A stretch of DNA of 64,000 nucleotides, taken from contig CM075994.1 of assembly GCA_038087875.1 (NCBI GenBank), forward strand, positions 10,542,001 through 10,606,000, in the 5' to 3' direction. A program made the translations under genes and the position numbers. Position 1 is the first letter of the stretch. Each line of letters opens with the position of its first letter. This DNA comes from Malacoraja senta. Lineage: Eukaryota. Under the pieces are notes generated by a model. The model made no database searches. It worked only from the letters and a program-made list of their open reading frames with translations, and had not been told where the DNA came from. Of this stretch, positions 38,205 through 51,447 are shown piece by piece.

Positions 38205-38406
38205 GGGACAGAGGGAGAGAGGGAAGGAGAGAGGGAAGGGGAAAGGAGAGAGAGAGAGGACGGGAAAGGGGAGAGAGAGAGAGAGAGAAAGGGAAAGGGG
38301 AGAGAGAGAAGGGTGAAGGAGAGAGAGAGAGAGAGAGAGAAGGGGAAAGGGGAGAGAGAGAAAGGAGGTGAAAGGGGGAGAGAGAGGAAAGGAGAGAGAG
38401 AGGTGA

Positions 38407-38450
<44 letters not shown>

Positions 38451-39285
38451 GAAAGGGGAGAGAGGGAAGGGTGAAGGAGAGAGAGGGAGAGAAGGGGAAA
38501 GGGAGAGAGAGAGAGAAGGGGAAAGGGAGAGAAGGGAAGGGGAGAGAGAAGGAGGGAGAGAGAAGGGGAAAGGAGAGAGAGAAGGGTGAAGGAGAGAGAG
38601 AGAGGGGAAAGGGGATAGAGAGAGAAGGGGAAAGGGGGGAAAGAGAGAGAAGGGTGAAGGAGAGAGAGAAGGGTGAAGGAGAGAGAGAAGGGTGAAGGAG
38701 AGAGAGAAGGGTGAAGGAGAGAGAGAAGGGTGAAGGAGAGAGAGAAGGGTGAAGGAGAGAGAGAAGGGTGAAGGAGAGAGAGAGAAGGGTGAAGGAGAGA
38801 GAGAAGGGTGAAGGAGAGAGAGAAGGGTGAAGGAGAGAGAAGAGTGAAAGAGAGAAGGGGAAAGGAGAGAGAGAGAGGAGAGGAGAGGGGGAGGGGACGA
38901 GGGTGGAAGGGAGGGAGAGAAGGGAGGGTATAGAGAGGGAGGGAGCGAGGAGAAAGGAGAGAGAGGGAGGGGATAGAGAGGGGAGGGAGGAAGAGAGGTG
39001 AGGAGGGAGGGAGAGAGAGGGGAGGGGATAGAGGGGGAGGGGGAGAGAAGGAAGGGAGAGACAGGGGATAGGGAGGGGAGGGGGGTGAGAGAGGGGAGGG
39101 GATAGAGAGGAAGGGAGGGAGGGGGAGAATAAGGGAATAGAGGGGTGGGAGAGGAGAGAGGAGAGAGAAAAGGGGGAGGGGGAGGGAGGTGAAGAATGAG
39201 TTGATAGAGGGGAGGGAGAAGAGAGAGAGAGGAGGGAGGGGGGAGTGAGGGGAGGAGGAGAGGGGGAGAGGAGAGGAAAAGGACT
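38205..39285. repeat. Polypurine (GA-rich) tract with tandem 19-mer gagagagaagggtgaagga
   Basis: ~1.1 kb almost only G/A on the + strand; regular array at ~38645-38840. Confidence 0.95.
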
Positions 39286-39352
39286 CAAGGGCTTGCCACT
39301 AGTTTGAGGTGAGTGAGAGGAAGAGGAGAGGGACATCATCATCGTCGGGACG

Positions 39353-39416
39353 ATGGAGGAGAGGCCGGGACCTGGCAGAGGCCTGGAGCCGCCGTCTGCT
39401 TTCTGGGGCAAAATCG
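39353..39416 (+). CDS. CCHCR1: Putative CCHCR1 first coding exon
   Basis: acgATGg Kozak context; MEERPGPGRGLEPPSAFWGKI; donor gtacga in phase 1, compatible with the next exon; LEPPSAF resembles the LIPPSHF motif. Confidence 0.55.
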
Positions 39417-40720
39417 GTACGAAGATTGTTTAAAATAAAACCCATCATGAGCGAAACACAAAGTGCTGGAGGGGAGGAAGGCTGCGGGTCAGTCACCATC
39501 TGTGGGTGTGTGTGTGTGTGTGTGTGGGGGGGAGGGGGCGGATGAACTGACTGGGAAGGGGTGGGGGGAGCTGGAGGAAAGGTGAGGGCAGGACATGGTC
39601 TTGCAGGTAACGGGTGAATACAGGTGAGGGGAGTGGGTGTGCGTGGGCAGATGGGTGGAGTAAATGAGGAAGGAGGCGAAACGGGTGTCGGAGGAGGGGA
39701 GAGAAGAATAGTGAAATGTAAAGCCGGAGGGGAGGGATGTTGGCGGAAGGGGATGGGGAACGGAGCGGGGGCAGGATAATGGGAGAAATGGGTCAGCAGG
39801 AGGGGGGAGGAATTGGAGGAAAGAGGACCGGGATAATGGGAGAATGGGAGGAGGTCTTGATTAGCCAGGGTGTCAGAGATGGGGTGGAGAATGGGGTTGA
39901 GAGGGAACGATAGATCAGTAGACTTGATGGGCCGAATGGCCTAATTATGGGGTGGGGGGGGGGAGGAACTTACTTATTATATTATGCCTCCTGGCATGTA
40001 GGGCAGCAACGAAGGTCCTCCACTCTTGTCTGTTCTGGGCAAATCCATCACGCCCAGCAGTGATGATTCCTTCAGTTGCTGTTTACGTAACATATTTGCT
40101 TTACGAGAACTCAGGAACTCAGGGATCGGGAATCAGGAGGACCAGCAATTGATCCTGACTACGGGTGTTGTTTTTCTATTAAGACTGAGGTGAGAAAAAA
40201 CTTTTTCACCCAGAGAGTTGTGAATTTGTGGAATTCTCTGCCACAGAGGGCAGTGGAGGCCAAGTCACTGGATGGATTTAAGAGAGAGTTAGATAGAGCT
40301 CTCGGGGCCAGTGGAGTCAAGGGATATGGGGAGAAGGCAGGCACGGGTTATTGATTGGGGACGATCAGCCATGATCACAATGAATGGCGGTGCTGGCTCG
40401 AAGGGCCGAATGGCCTCCTCCTGCACCTATTGTCTATTGTGACCGCATGGGTTTTCTCCGGGTGCTCCGGTTTCCACCCTTTCTCCAAAGACGTACAGGT
40501 TTGTGGGTTAATTGGCTTCTGTAGATTGTAATTCTGTAAATTGTAAATTGTAAATTTTCCCCATTGTGAATGATAGTGTTAGCGTACGGGGTGATCGCTG
40601 CTTGGTGTGGACCAAAGGGCCTGTTTTGCCGCTGTATCTCTGACGTCTACAGGTGTTCACGTTGGGTTTTAGGTAAAATTGTTGAAATCACTCTGATTTG
40701 GAAGAGGGCGATACAAAGTT

Positions 40721-41027
40721 AGGGCGGTCACGGTGGCCCAGCGGTAGAGTTGCTGCCTTACAGTGAATGCAGCGCCGGAGACCCGGGTTCCATCCCGACT
40801 ACGGGAGCTGTACATTCTACCCGTGACCTGTGTGGGTTTTCTCCGAGATCTTTGGTTCCCGCACTCCAAAGACGTACAGGTTTGTAAGTTAATTGGCTTG
40901 GTAAATGTAAAAATTGTCCCTAGTGGGTGTATGATGGTGGGGGTTAATGTGCGGGGGTTGCTGGTCAGCGTGGAGCCGGTGGGCCGAAGGGCCTGTTTCC
41001 GCGCTGTATCTCTGAACTAAACTAAAA
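40721..41027 (+). mobile_element. tRNA-derived V-SINE (HE1-like)
   Basis: Same family as 2362-2651; (actaa) tail. Confidence 0.75.
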
Positions 41028-41455
41028 TATCCTCCCAGTTTACCTTGCTCCCATCTTGGAGACCAAAGGGTTCAAGCCAAAATCCTCGTAGCTCATGTGG
41101 CACGTTGAGTGAGGTCTCTCGTTAGCCACTAGTTTAGCAGTAAAGTTCTTGGTTCTTCTTGGTTTCTTGGTCCTCCAAAATATTCCAAATGGAATTTAAA
41201 CTGGAGGTGGTGGAGGGAGGACTTAAGCCAGAAAGTGTTTTTGGGAAGAAAGAGCTACCTTAAATTTAGTTGCATCTGGTTGGGTAACTATAGTATGGTG
41301 AAGACTATTCCATGCTTTAATTGTGCGGGGGAAGAATGAATTGCTGCACACATCTGTCTTGGTAGCTGGAATCACAAATTGGATCGAATGCCCTCGTCTG
41401 CTCCTAGTTGGTTTGGGTTTGGTGTAGGTCTTGTAATCTATGTCGAGCTGACCAT

Positions 41456-42255
41456 ATAACCATAACAGCACGGAAACAGGCCATCTCGGCCCTTCAAGTC
41501 CGTGCCGAACATTTTTTTTAATTTTTTTAATTTTCTTTTAAATTAAAAATAAATACTTCCCCCTAGTCCCATCTACCTGCACTCAGACCATAACCCTCCA
41601 TTCCTTTCCCGTCCATATACCCATCCAATCTATTTTTAAAGGATAACATCGAACCTGCCTCCACCACTTTCACTGGAAGCTCATTCCACACAGCCACCAC
41701 TCTCTGAGTAAAGAAGTTCCCCTAATGTTCCCCCTAAACTTCTGTCCCTTAATTCTCAAGTCATGTCCCCTTGTTTGAATCTTCCCTACTCTCAATGGGA
41801 AAAGCTTATCCACGTCCACTCTGTCTATCCTTCTGCGCTCCAAAGAATAAAGACCTAACTTGTTCAACCTTTCTCTGTAACTTAGTTGCTGAAACCCAGG
41901 CAACATTCTAGTAAATCTCCTCTGTACTCTCTCTATTTAGTTGACATCCTTCCTATAATTAGGCGACCAAAATTGTACTCCATACTCCAGAATTGGCCTC
42001 ACCAATGCCTTGTACAATTTTAACATTACATCCCAACTTCTATATTCAATGCTCTAATTTATAAAGGCCAACTCACCAAAAGCTTTCTTTACCACCTTAT
42101 CTACATGAGATTCCACCTTCAGGGAACTATGCACAGTTATTCCTAGATCCCTCTGTTCAACTGCATTCCTCAATTCGCTACCATTTACCGTGTACGTCCT
42201 ATTTTGATTTGTCCTGCCGAGATGTAGCACCTCACATTTATCAGCATTAAACTGT
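41456..42255 (-). mobile_element. CR1 LINE 3' fragment (different subfamily) inserted in an older LINE remnant
   Basis: MLPGFQQLSYRERLNKLGLYSLERRR; host remnant ends SFFPRTIKAWNSL. Confidence 0.7.
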
Positions 42256-43522
42256 TTGAACTGTTTGAATTAAACTGTTAAAGTTAAACTGTTTGAACTG
42301 TTTGAATTAAACTGTTAAAGACCATTTAACATTTTGTAAAAACAGGTCAAACGGTGAGGTCAAACGGTCAGAGGTTCTAATAGATTAAACTGTGTTTGAT
42401 CCAATCTTAGACTAGATTTTGTGGCAGGTATTTATTTGCTGTTTATCTAAACTAAAAAAAACGAAACTAAACTGAACTAAAGCCTAAACTAGTGTTTAAG
42501 AAACTGGTGGAACAATCGCAGGCCGACAAAAATGCTGGAGAAACTCAGCGGGTGAAGCAGCATCTATGGAGCGAAGGAATAGGCCACCATGGCCAGAGTG
42601 ACTCCCGCCGTAAATTGGAGGAGCAGCACCTCATATTTTGCTTGGGTAGTTTTCACCTCAGCGGTATGAACATTGACTTCTCCAATTTCAGGTAGTCCCT
42701 GCTTTCTCCCTCCTTCCCCTCCCCTTCCCAGCTCTCCCACAGCCCACTGTCTCCGCCTCTACCTTCTTCCTGCCCCAGAGAGGGGATCTTATTGAAACAC
42801 ATAAGGGGATCTCATTGAAACATATAAGATTGTTAAGGGTTTGGACACGCTAGAGGCAGGAAACATGTTCCCGATGTTGGGGGAGTCCAGAACTGTTTAA
42901 GAATAAGGAGTAAGCCATTTAGAACGGAGACGAGGAAACACTTTTTCACACAGAGAGTTGTGAGTCTGTGGAATTCTCTGCCTCAGGGCGGTGGAGGCGG
43001 GTTCTCTGGATGCTTTCAAGAGAGAGCTAGATAGGGCTCTTAAAAATAGCGGAGTCTCACCGTTTGACCTGTTTTTACAAAATGTTAAATGGTCAGCTCG
43101 ACATAGATTACAAGACCTACACCAAACCCAAAAATAGCGGGATATGGGGAGAAGGCAGGAACGGGGTACTGATTGGGGATGATCAGCCATGATCACATTG
43201 AATGGCGGTGCTGGCTCGAAGGGCCGAATGGCCTACTCCTGCACCTATTGTCTATTGTCTATTGCCCCCCACCCACCCCTACATCAGCTTGAAGAAGGGT
43301 CTCGACCCGAAAAGTCGACTATTCATTCGCTCCATAGATGCTGCTTCACCCGCTGAGTTTCTCCAGCATTTTCGTCGACCTTTGAAGCCTAAACTGAATG
43401 CTTTGGGCAGTGAATAGTTCACCAGAGTTTATTTAATCCGAGGTTCAGGGACGGTTAAAGAGGTTCTGCTGCCCTAGTGATGTGCCCGTCGAGTGTTAAT
43501 GGAGACCTGTTCCTATCTACAG

Positions 43523-43730
43523 GAGCGCAGAGCCTGATTCCCCCCTCACACTTCAGGGGTCGAAGCTACGGCCCGTCGCCGGCGGACTCAAACCCCTGGG
43601 CTGCTCTGTCCAAGGCGACCAAAGAGATCCTGGAACTGAGGCAAGAGAATGAACATCTGAGGAGGACGCTGGTCCCATCGAGCAGACGATGCCCAGGAGT
43701 TGAAGAGGAGACGGCTTGCATTAAACCCAG
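43523..43730 (+). CDS. CCHCR1: CCHCR1 exon
   Basis: tctacag acceptor; GAQSLIPPSHFRGR (human GLIPPSHFQAR)...KEILELRQENEHLRR; donor gtaacg, phase 2. Confidence 0.85.
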
Positions 43731-45094
43731 GTAACGTCTCGACACAGGCGCGTGGGACATAGGTTTACGGTGACGGGGGGGTGGGGGGGGGGAAGTGTAA
43801 TGGGAATCCGAGGGGCGATCCGAGGGGGGATGCATGGTATGTGCTGCCTGGAAGAATATGGGGAGAAGGCAGGAACAGGGTACTGATTGTGGGATGATCA
43901 GCCATGATCACATTGAATGGCGGTGCTGGCTCGAAGGGCCGAATGGCCGACTCCTGCACCTATTGTCTATTGTCTGCCGGGACGAGGTAGTTGAGGCAGA
44001 AACTATGAGGTTTAGTTTAGAGATACAGCGCGGAAACAGGCTCTTCGGCCCACCGGGTCCGCGCCGGCCAGCGATCCCCGCACACTTAACACTATCCTAC
44101 ACACTCTACGGACAATTTACACATTCGCCAAGCCATACCTGCATGTAGGAAGGAAACTGCAGATGCTCGTTTGAAACGACGATAGACACAAAAAGCTGGA
44201 GTAACTCAGCGGGGACAGGCAGCATCTCTGGAGAGAAGGAATGGGTGACGTCTGGATAAGTGTCTCGACCCGAAACAGCACCCATTCTTTCTCTCCAGAG
44301 ATACCGCCTGTCCCGCTGAGTTACTCCAGCGTTTTGTGTCTATCTTCGGTGTAAACCAGCATCTGCAGTTCCTTCCTACACCATGTTCCAACGTTGCCCG
44401 CCTCTACAACTCCCTGCGGTATTTTGTTCCAAATACACTTCGGCCTACATATCTGTCCGTCCTTGGAGTGCGGGAGGAAACGGAAGATCTCGGAGAAAAC
44501 CCACGCAGGTGACGGGGAGAAGGTACAAACTCCGTGCAGACAGCACTCGTAGTCGGGATCGAACCCCGGTCTCCGGTGCAACTTTACCGCTGCGCCACTA
44601 TTCCATGATATTTAAAAGACATTTGGCCAGGTACATGAATAGGAGCGTTGTAGAGTGATATTGGCAGAAATGCGGGCAGGTGGGACTAGTGTAGATGGTG
44701 GACATGGGCAAGGTGGGCCGAAGGGCCTGTTTCCATGCTGTATAACAATGAATCGGGAAGATTGAGACCATGCAGGACTAAATGCACCTCTTGAACGTCA
44801 CTCCATCCACCACCGAATGCCTGTTTACATAACAAATCTCCAAACAAAAGCAACAGTGAAAGCAGGTAGGTTTAGTTTAGAGATACAGCACGGAAACAGG
44901 CCCTTCGGCCCACCGAGTCCGCACCGACCAGCGACCGGGCATCATGTTCCCGATGTTGGGGGAGTCCAGAACCAGGGGCCACAGTTTAAGAATAAGGAGT
45001 AAGCCATTTAGAACGGAGATGAGGAAACACTTTTTCTCACAGAGATTCGTGAGTCTGTGGAATTCTCTGCCTCGGAGGGCGGTGGAGGCCGGTT

Positions 45095-47917
45095 AGAAAC
45101 ATAGAAACATAGAAAAATAGGTGCAGGAGTAGGCCATTCGGCCCTTCGAGCCTGCACCGCCATTCAATATGATCATGGCTGATCATCCAACTCAGTATCC
45201 CGTACCTGCCTTCTCTCCATACCCCCTGATCGCTTTAGCCACAAGGGCCACATCTAACTCCCTCTTAAATATAGACAATGAACTGGCCTCAACTACCCTC
45301 TGTGGCAGAGAATTCCAGAGATTCACCACTCTCTGTGTGAAAAAAGTTTTTCTCATCTCGGTCCTAAAGGATTTCCCCTCTATCCTTAAGCTGTGACCCC
45401 TTGTCCTGGACTTCCCCAACATCGGGAACAATCTTCCTGCATCTAACCTGTCCAACCCCTTGAGAATTTTGTAAGTTTCTATGATCCCCCCTCAATCTCC
45501 TAAATTCTAGCGAGTACAAGCCGAGTCTATCCAGTCTTTCTTCATATGAAAGTCCTGACATCCCAGGAATCAGTCTGGTGAACCTTCTCTGCGCTCCCTC
45601 TAAGGGAATAATGTCTTTCCTCAGATTTGGAGACCAAAACTGTACGCAATACTCCAGGTGTGGTCTCACCAAGACCCTGTACAACTGCAGTAGAACCTCC
45701 CTGCTCCAATACTCAAATCCTTTTGCTATGAATGCTAACATACCATTCGCTTTCTTCACTGCCTGCTGCACCTGCATGCCTACTTTCAATGACTGGTGTA
45801 CCATGACACCCAGGTCTCGTTGCATCTCCCCTTTTCCTAATCGGCCACCATTCAGATAATAGTCTACTTTCCTGTTTTTGCCACCAAAGTGGATAACCTC
45901 ACATTTATCTACATTATACTGCATCTGCCATGCATTTGCCCACTCACCCAGCCTATCCAAGTCACCTTGCAGCCTCCTAGCATCCTCCTCACAGCTAACA
46001 CTGCCCCCCAGCTTAGTGTCATCCGCAAACTTGGAGATGTTGCATTCAATTCCCTCGTCCAAATCATTAATATATATTGTAAATAGCTGGGGTCCCAGCA
46101 CTGAGCCTTGCGGTACCCCACTAGTCACTGCATGCCATTCTGAAAAGGACCCGTTTACTCATACTCTTTGCTTCCTGTTTGCCAGCCAGTTCTCTATCCA
46201 CATCAATACTGAACCCCCAATACCGTGTGATTTAAGTTTGTATACTAATCTCTTATGTGGGACCTTGTCGAAAGCCTTCTGAAAGTCCAGATATAACACA
46301 TCCACTGGTTCTCCCCTATCCACTCTACTAGTTACATCCTCGAAAAATTCTACAAGATTCGTCAGATTCGTAAATCCATGCTGACTTTGTCCAATGATTT
46401 CACCACTTTTCAAATGTGCTCCTATCCCATCTTTAATAACTGACTCTAGCAGTTTCCTCACTACCGATGTTAGACTAACTGGTCTGTAATTCCCCGTTTT
46501 CTCTCTCCCTCCCTTTTTAAAAAGTGGGGTTACATTAGCTACCATCCAATCCTCAGGAACTACTCCAGAATCTAAAGAGTTTTGAAAAATGATCACTAAT
46601 GCATCCACTATTTCTGGAGCTACTTCCTTAAGTACTCTGGGATGCAGCCTCTCTGGCCCTGGGGGTTTATCGGCCTTTAATCCATTCAATTTACCTAACA
46701 CCACTTCCCAGCTCACCTGGATTTCACTCAGTTCCTCCATCTCCTTTGACCTGCGGTCCCCTGCTATTTCCAGCAGATTATTTTTGTCTTCCTTAGTGAA
46801 GATGGAACCAAAGTACATATTCAATTGGTCCACCATGTCCTTGTTCCCCATGATCAATTCACCTGTTTCTGACTGCAAGGGACCTACATTTGTTTTAACT
46901 AATCTCTTTCTCTTCACATATCTATAAAAACTTTTGCAGTCAGTTTTAATGTTCCCTGACAGTTTTCTTTCATAATCTATTTTCCCTTTCCTAATTAAGC
47001 CCTTTGTCCTCCTCTGCTGGTCTCTGAATTTCTCCCATTCCTCTGGTCGGCTGCTTTTTCTGGCTAATTTGTACGCTTCATCTTTTGCTTTGATGCTATC
47101 CCTGATTTCCCTTGTTATCCACGGATGCACTACCTTCCCTGATTTATTCTTTTGCCAAATTGGGATGAACAATTTTTGTAGTTCATCCATGCAGTCTTTA
47201 AATGCCTTCCATTGCATATCCACCGTCAACCCTTTAAGAATTAATCGCCAGTCAATCTTGGCCAATTCACGTCTCATACCCTCAAAGTTACCTTTCTTTA
47301 AGTTCAGAACCATTGTTTCTGAATTAACCATGGATGAATTCTCCATCCTAATGAAGAACTCAACCATATTATGGTCACTCTTGCCCAAGGGGCCACGTAC
47401 AACAAGACTGCTAACTAACCCTTCCTCATTACTCAATACCCAGTCTAGAATAGCCTGCTCTCTCGTTGGTTCCTCTACATGTTGGTTTGGATAACTATCC
47501 CGCATACATTCCAAGAAATCCTCTTCCTCAGCACCCCTGCCAATTTGATTCACCCAATCTATATGTAGATTGAAGTCACCCATTATAACTGTTTTACCTT
47601 TGTTGCACGCATTTCTAATTTCCTGTTTGATGCCATCCCCAACTCCACTACTACTGTTAGGTGGCCTGTACACAACTCCCACTAGCGTTTTCTGCCCCTT
47701 AGTGTTTCGCAGCTCTACCCATATCGATTCCACATCCTCCAAGCTAATGTCCTTCCTTTCCATTGCGTTAATCTCCTCTCTATCCAGCAACGCTACCCCA
47801 CCTCCTTTTCCTTTCTGTCTACCCTCCTGAATATTGAATATCCCTGGATGTTCAGCTCCCAGCCTTGGTCTCCCTGGAGCCATGTCTCCGTGATCCCAAC
47901 TATATCATAATCATTAA
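45095..47917 (-). mobile_element. Near full-length CR1 (HER-type) ORF2, APE endonuclease + RT, a few frameshifts
   Basis: ORFs 46159-47883 and 45364-46128: VYRPPN, MGDFN, SDHN, YRPVSLTS, LDFQKAFD, GVPQGSVLGP, FADD; (ttctatgt)n tail. Confidence 0.95.
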
Positions 47918-48011
47918 TAGGTTCTCTGGATACTTTCAAGAGAGAGCTAGATAGGGCTCTTAAAGATAGCAGAGTCAGGGGATATGGGGAGAAGGCAGGA
48001 ACGGGGTACTT

Positions 48012-48650
48012 ACATAGATACATAGATACATAGAAAATAGGTGCAGGAGTAGGCCATTCGGCCCTTCGAGCCTGCACCGCCATTCAATATGATCATGGCT
48101 GATCATCCAACTCAGTATCCCGTACCTGCCTTCTCTCCATACCCCCTGATCCCTTTAGCCACAAGGGCCACATCTAACTCCCTCTTAAATATAGCCAATG
48201 AACTGGCCTCAACTACCCTCTGTGGCAGAGAGTTCCAGAGATTCACCACTCTCTGTGTGAAAAAGTTTTTCCTCATCTCGGTCTTAAAGGATTTCCCCCT
48301 TATCCTTAAGCTGTGACCCCTTGTCCTGGACTTCCCCAACATCAGGAACAATCTTCCTGCATCTAGCCTGTCCAACCCCATAAGAACTTTGTACGTTTCT
48401 ATAAGATCCCCTCTCAATCTCCTAAATTCTAGCGAGTATAAGCCAAGTCTATCCAGTCTTTCTTCATATGAAAGTCCTGACATCCCAGGAATCAGTCTGG
48501 TGAACCTTCTCTGCACTCCCTCTATGGATATAATGTCCTTCCTCAGATTTGGAGACCAAAACTGTACGCAATACTCCAGGTGTGGTCTCACCAAGACCCT
48601 GTACAACTGCAGTAGAACCTCCCTGCTCCTATACTCAAATCGTCTTGCTA
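48012..48650 (-). mobile_element. CR1 3' fragment inserted into another CR1 tail
   Basis: ORF 48112-48606; host tail resumes at ~48651. Confidence 0.8.
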
Positions 48651-49283
48651 TGATTGGGGATGATCAGCCATGATCACATTGAATGGCGTACTGGCTTGAA
48701 GGGCCGAATGGCCTCCTCCTGCACCTATTGTCTATTGATCCCTGCACACACTACGGCCAATTTACATTTATACCAGGCCTATTAACCTACAAACTTGCAC
48801 GTCTTTGGAGTGTGGGAGGAAACCAAAGATCTCGGGGGGAATCCACGCGGTCACGGGGAGAACGTGCATACTCCGCACAGACAGAACCCGCAGTCGGGAT
48901 CGAACCCGGGTCTGTGGCGCTGCGAGGCAGTGACTGTACCGCTGCGCCACCTTGAGGTGTCCGAGGGGGCTCCAAACACAGGCCCTTGCTTTCGCCACCG
49001 TATCTCTCCTCTCAGAGGAGATTCACAGAGGAAGGGGACTTAACTTTTTGATGCCTTTCCCCACAGTGGAAACTTTTGATTCTGTTGTGGGGGGGACGTT
49101 CATGTTGAATTCTATAATGTGTTGTGTCATTTTTGTCTTATTTTTAATTTTTCTATGGATGTACGGAAACGTAATTAGTTCTTCTATGTAAAGCACTTTG
49201 GTTTCAACGCGAGTTGATTTAAACGTGCTATATAAATAAAATGTACTTACTTACTTACTTACTCTTCCCGACCGGCGGCACAG

Positions 49284-49611
49284 GTCCTTGGAGCAGGAGA
49301 GGGGGCCTGAGACCCGCCGCTCTGCCGACGAGCCGACCGGGAGGATACTGACGAACGCGGTGTTGCGGCAGGCGGCGGCGGCCATCGCCGAGAAGGACGC
49401 CCTGCTGGCCTGCCTGGGCCGGCAGCTGGCCGAGCTGCGTGCCGCCCTGCGGAGGCTGGAGGGGGAGAGGCCGGAGGGTCCGCCGCCCGCCGGGATCCAG
49501 CTGCCGCGGCAACGGGAGCGCCGTCCCGCCGGGGAGACCGTGCCGGACCACGGGGAACAGCGGGATGGGGCGAACAGGCAAAGAGACCGGAGCAGCGAAA
49601 CGCATTCACAG
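49284..49611 (+). CDS. CCHCR1: CCHCR1 exon (coiled coil)
   Basis: cacag acceptor (phase 2), open GC-rich frame ...VLRQAAAAIAEKDALLACLGRQLAELRAALRRLE...; donor gtcagt, phase 0; phases fit both neighbours. Confidence 0.7.
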
Positions 49612-50189
49612 GTCAGTGGATCCCACGCTCCCGCCGGTGGAGACGGAGTCTGAAGAGTCTCGACCCGAAACGCCTCCCGTTCCATCTCTCCAGAGATGCT
49701 GCCTGTTCAGCTGAGTTACAGATACAAGCCCAGCCGCTCCATTCCATAAACATATAAGATTGTTAAGGGCTTGGAAACATGTTCCCGATGTTGGGGGAGT
49801 CCAGAACCAGGGGCCACAATTTAAGAATAAGGAGTAAGCCATTTAGAACGGAGACGAGGAAACACTTGTTCTCACAGAGAGTGGTGAGTGTGGAATTCTC
49901 TGCCTCAGAGGGCGGTGGAGGCCGGTTCTCTGGATGCTTTCAAGAGGGAGCTAGATAGGACTCTTAAAAATAGCGGAGTCAGGGGATATGGGGAGAAGGC
50001 AGGAATGGGGTACTGATTGGGGATAATCAGCCATGATCACATTGAATGGCGGTGCTGGCTCGAAGGGCCAAATAGCCTACTCCTGCACCTATTGTCTATT
50101 GTCTATTGTCTATTCTGTCAGCATATGATGACAGTCCCGCCATCCCGGGAACTAACCTGGTGAACCCTACTACGCTGGGCTCCCTCAAT

Positions 50190-51447
50190 ACTGAATAACC
50201 CTTTGTTTAAGCCCTCATGGTTGGACAGGGGTTTTACACAATGGAAGAATTATGGAATTAAAAATATGGGACAACTTTACAAGGAAGGCACTTTTCTTAC
50301 ATTTCAGGAGTTGCAACAGACATATGGACTTCGAGGAAATGATTTTTTCAGATATCTTCAACTCAGAGATTATGTAAAATCGAATACTCAAAATTTTCGA
50401 ATTAGAAATTCAGAAATTCTTGATGAATGTTGGAATAAACATCCTAATACAGAAAAGTTAATATCTTATATATATAATATTTTATTAGACAGCGATATTC
50501 CATCGACGGACTTACACAGACAAACATGGGAAAAAGAATTAAATCAAATAATAACGAAAGATACTTGGGAAGAAAGTTTACAACACATACATCAATGTTC
50601 ATTAAATGCCAGACATTCTTTAATACAATTTAAAGTAATACATAGGTTACATTATTCAAAAACAAAATTACATAAAATCTTTCAACATATCTTACCTATA
50701 TGTGATAAATGTCAACATTTAGAAGCTAACTTATCTCATATGTTTGCAAACTGTATAAAAATGTAAAAATTCTGGGTAAATATTTTTAGTATAATATCTA
50801 AAGTGACCAGCACTCAATTGGACCCGGATCCAAAATTAATAATACTCGGAACATTAGAAATAAATCAAACATTTACAACAACTCAAAGAAACTTTATTGA
50901 TTATAGTATAATAACGGGAAAAAAATGAATTCTAAAATTTTGGAAAGGCCCTATAACCCCCACAATTAAAATGTGGATTATAGAAATGACAGAGACCTTA
51001 AATGTGGAAAGAATCAGATTTTCCCTGTTGGACAAACAGGAATTATTCGTTGGAACATGGTCTCCCTTTATTGATTATTTAAAGGGTCAGAATGGTTCAG
51101 CACAAGAACCTGACTAACACTCGGGCTAAAGAATGGATGAAATGTTATACTCTGAAATGTACGAATATATCTCGAACGAAGTTTTTTATCTTAATAAATT
51201 TTTCCATTCTGCTTTAACTATCTTTTTCTTTTCTTTTTTTTTTTTTCTTTCTCTCTCTTTTCTTTCTTTACTTCATCTATCTTTTTAGTTCTATCTTGTT
51301 AAAAAAAAAAAAAAAAAGGCAAAAGGTATTGGAGACAATGTAATAATAATTGACAATATTATCAATTTAAAAATGCAAGACTGGTAATGATGTTAATAGG
51401 TTGTGTACTTATCTCCAATAAAAAATATTTTCAAAAAATAAATAAAT
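50190..51447 (+). mobile_element. L1-clade LINE 3' fragment (ORF2 C-terminal CCHC region and 3' UTR)
   Basis: FFRYLQLRDY, IQFKVIHRLHYS, CDKC..ANLSHMFANC; T-rich UTR and A-rich tail. Confidence 0.8.

Noticed and set aside
37894..39411. 505-aa Ser/Pro/Leu-rich ORF
   Set aside because: Translation of the GA-rich simple repeat.
40721..40810. tRNA gene
   Set aside because: tRNA-derived head of a multi-copy SINE, with no proper cloverleaf.
45364..47883. Host RT gene or prokaryotic RT system (retron/DGR)
   Set aside because: Ordinary CR1 LINE ORF2 with frameshifts and many paralogous fragments.
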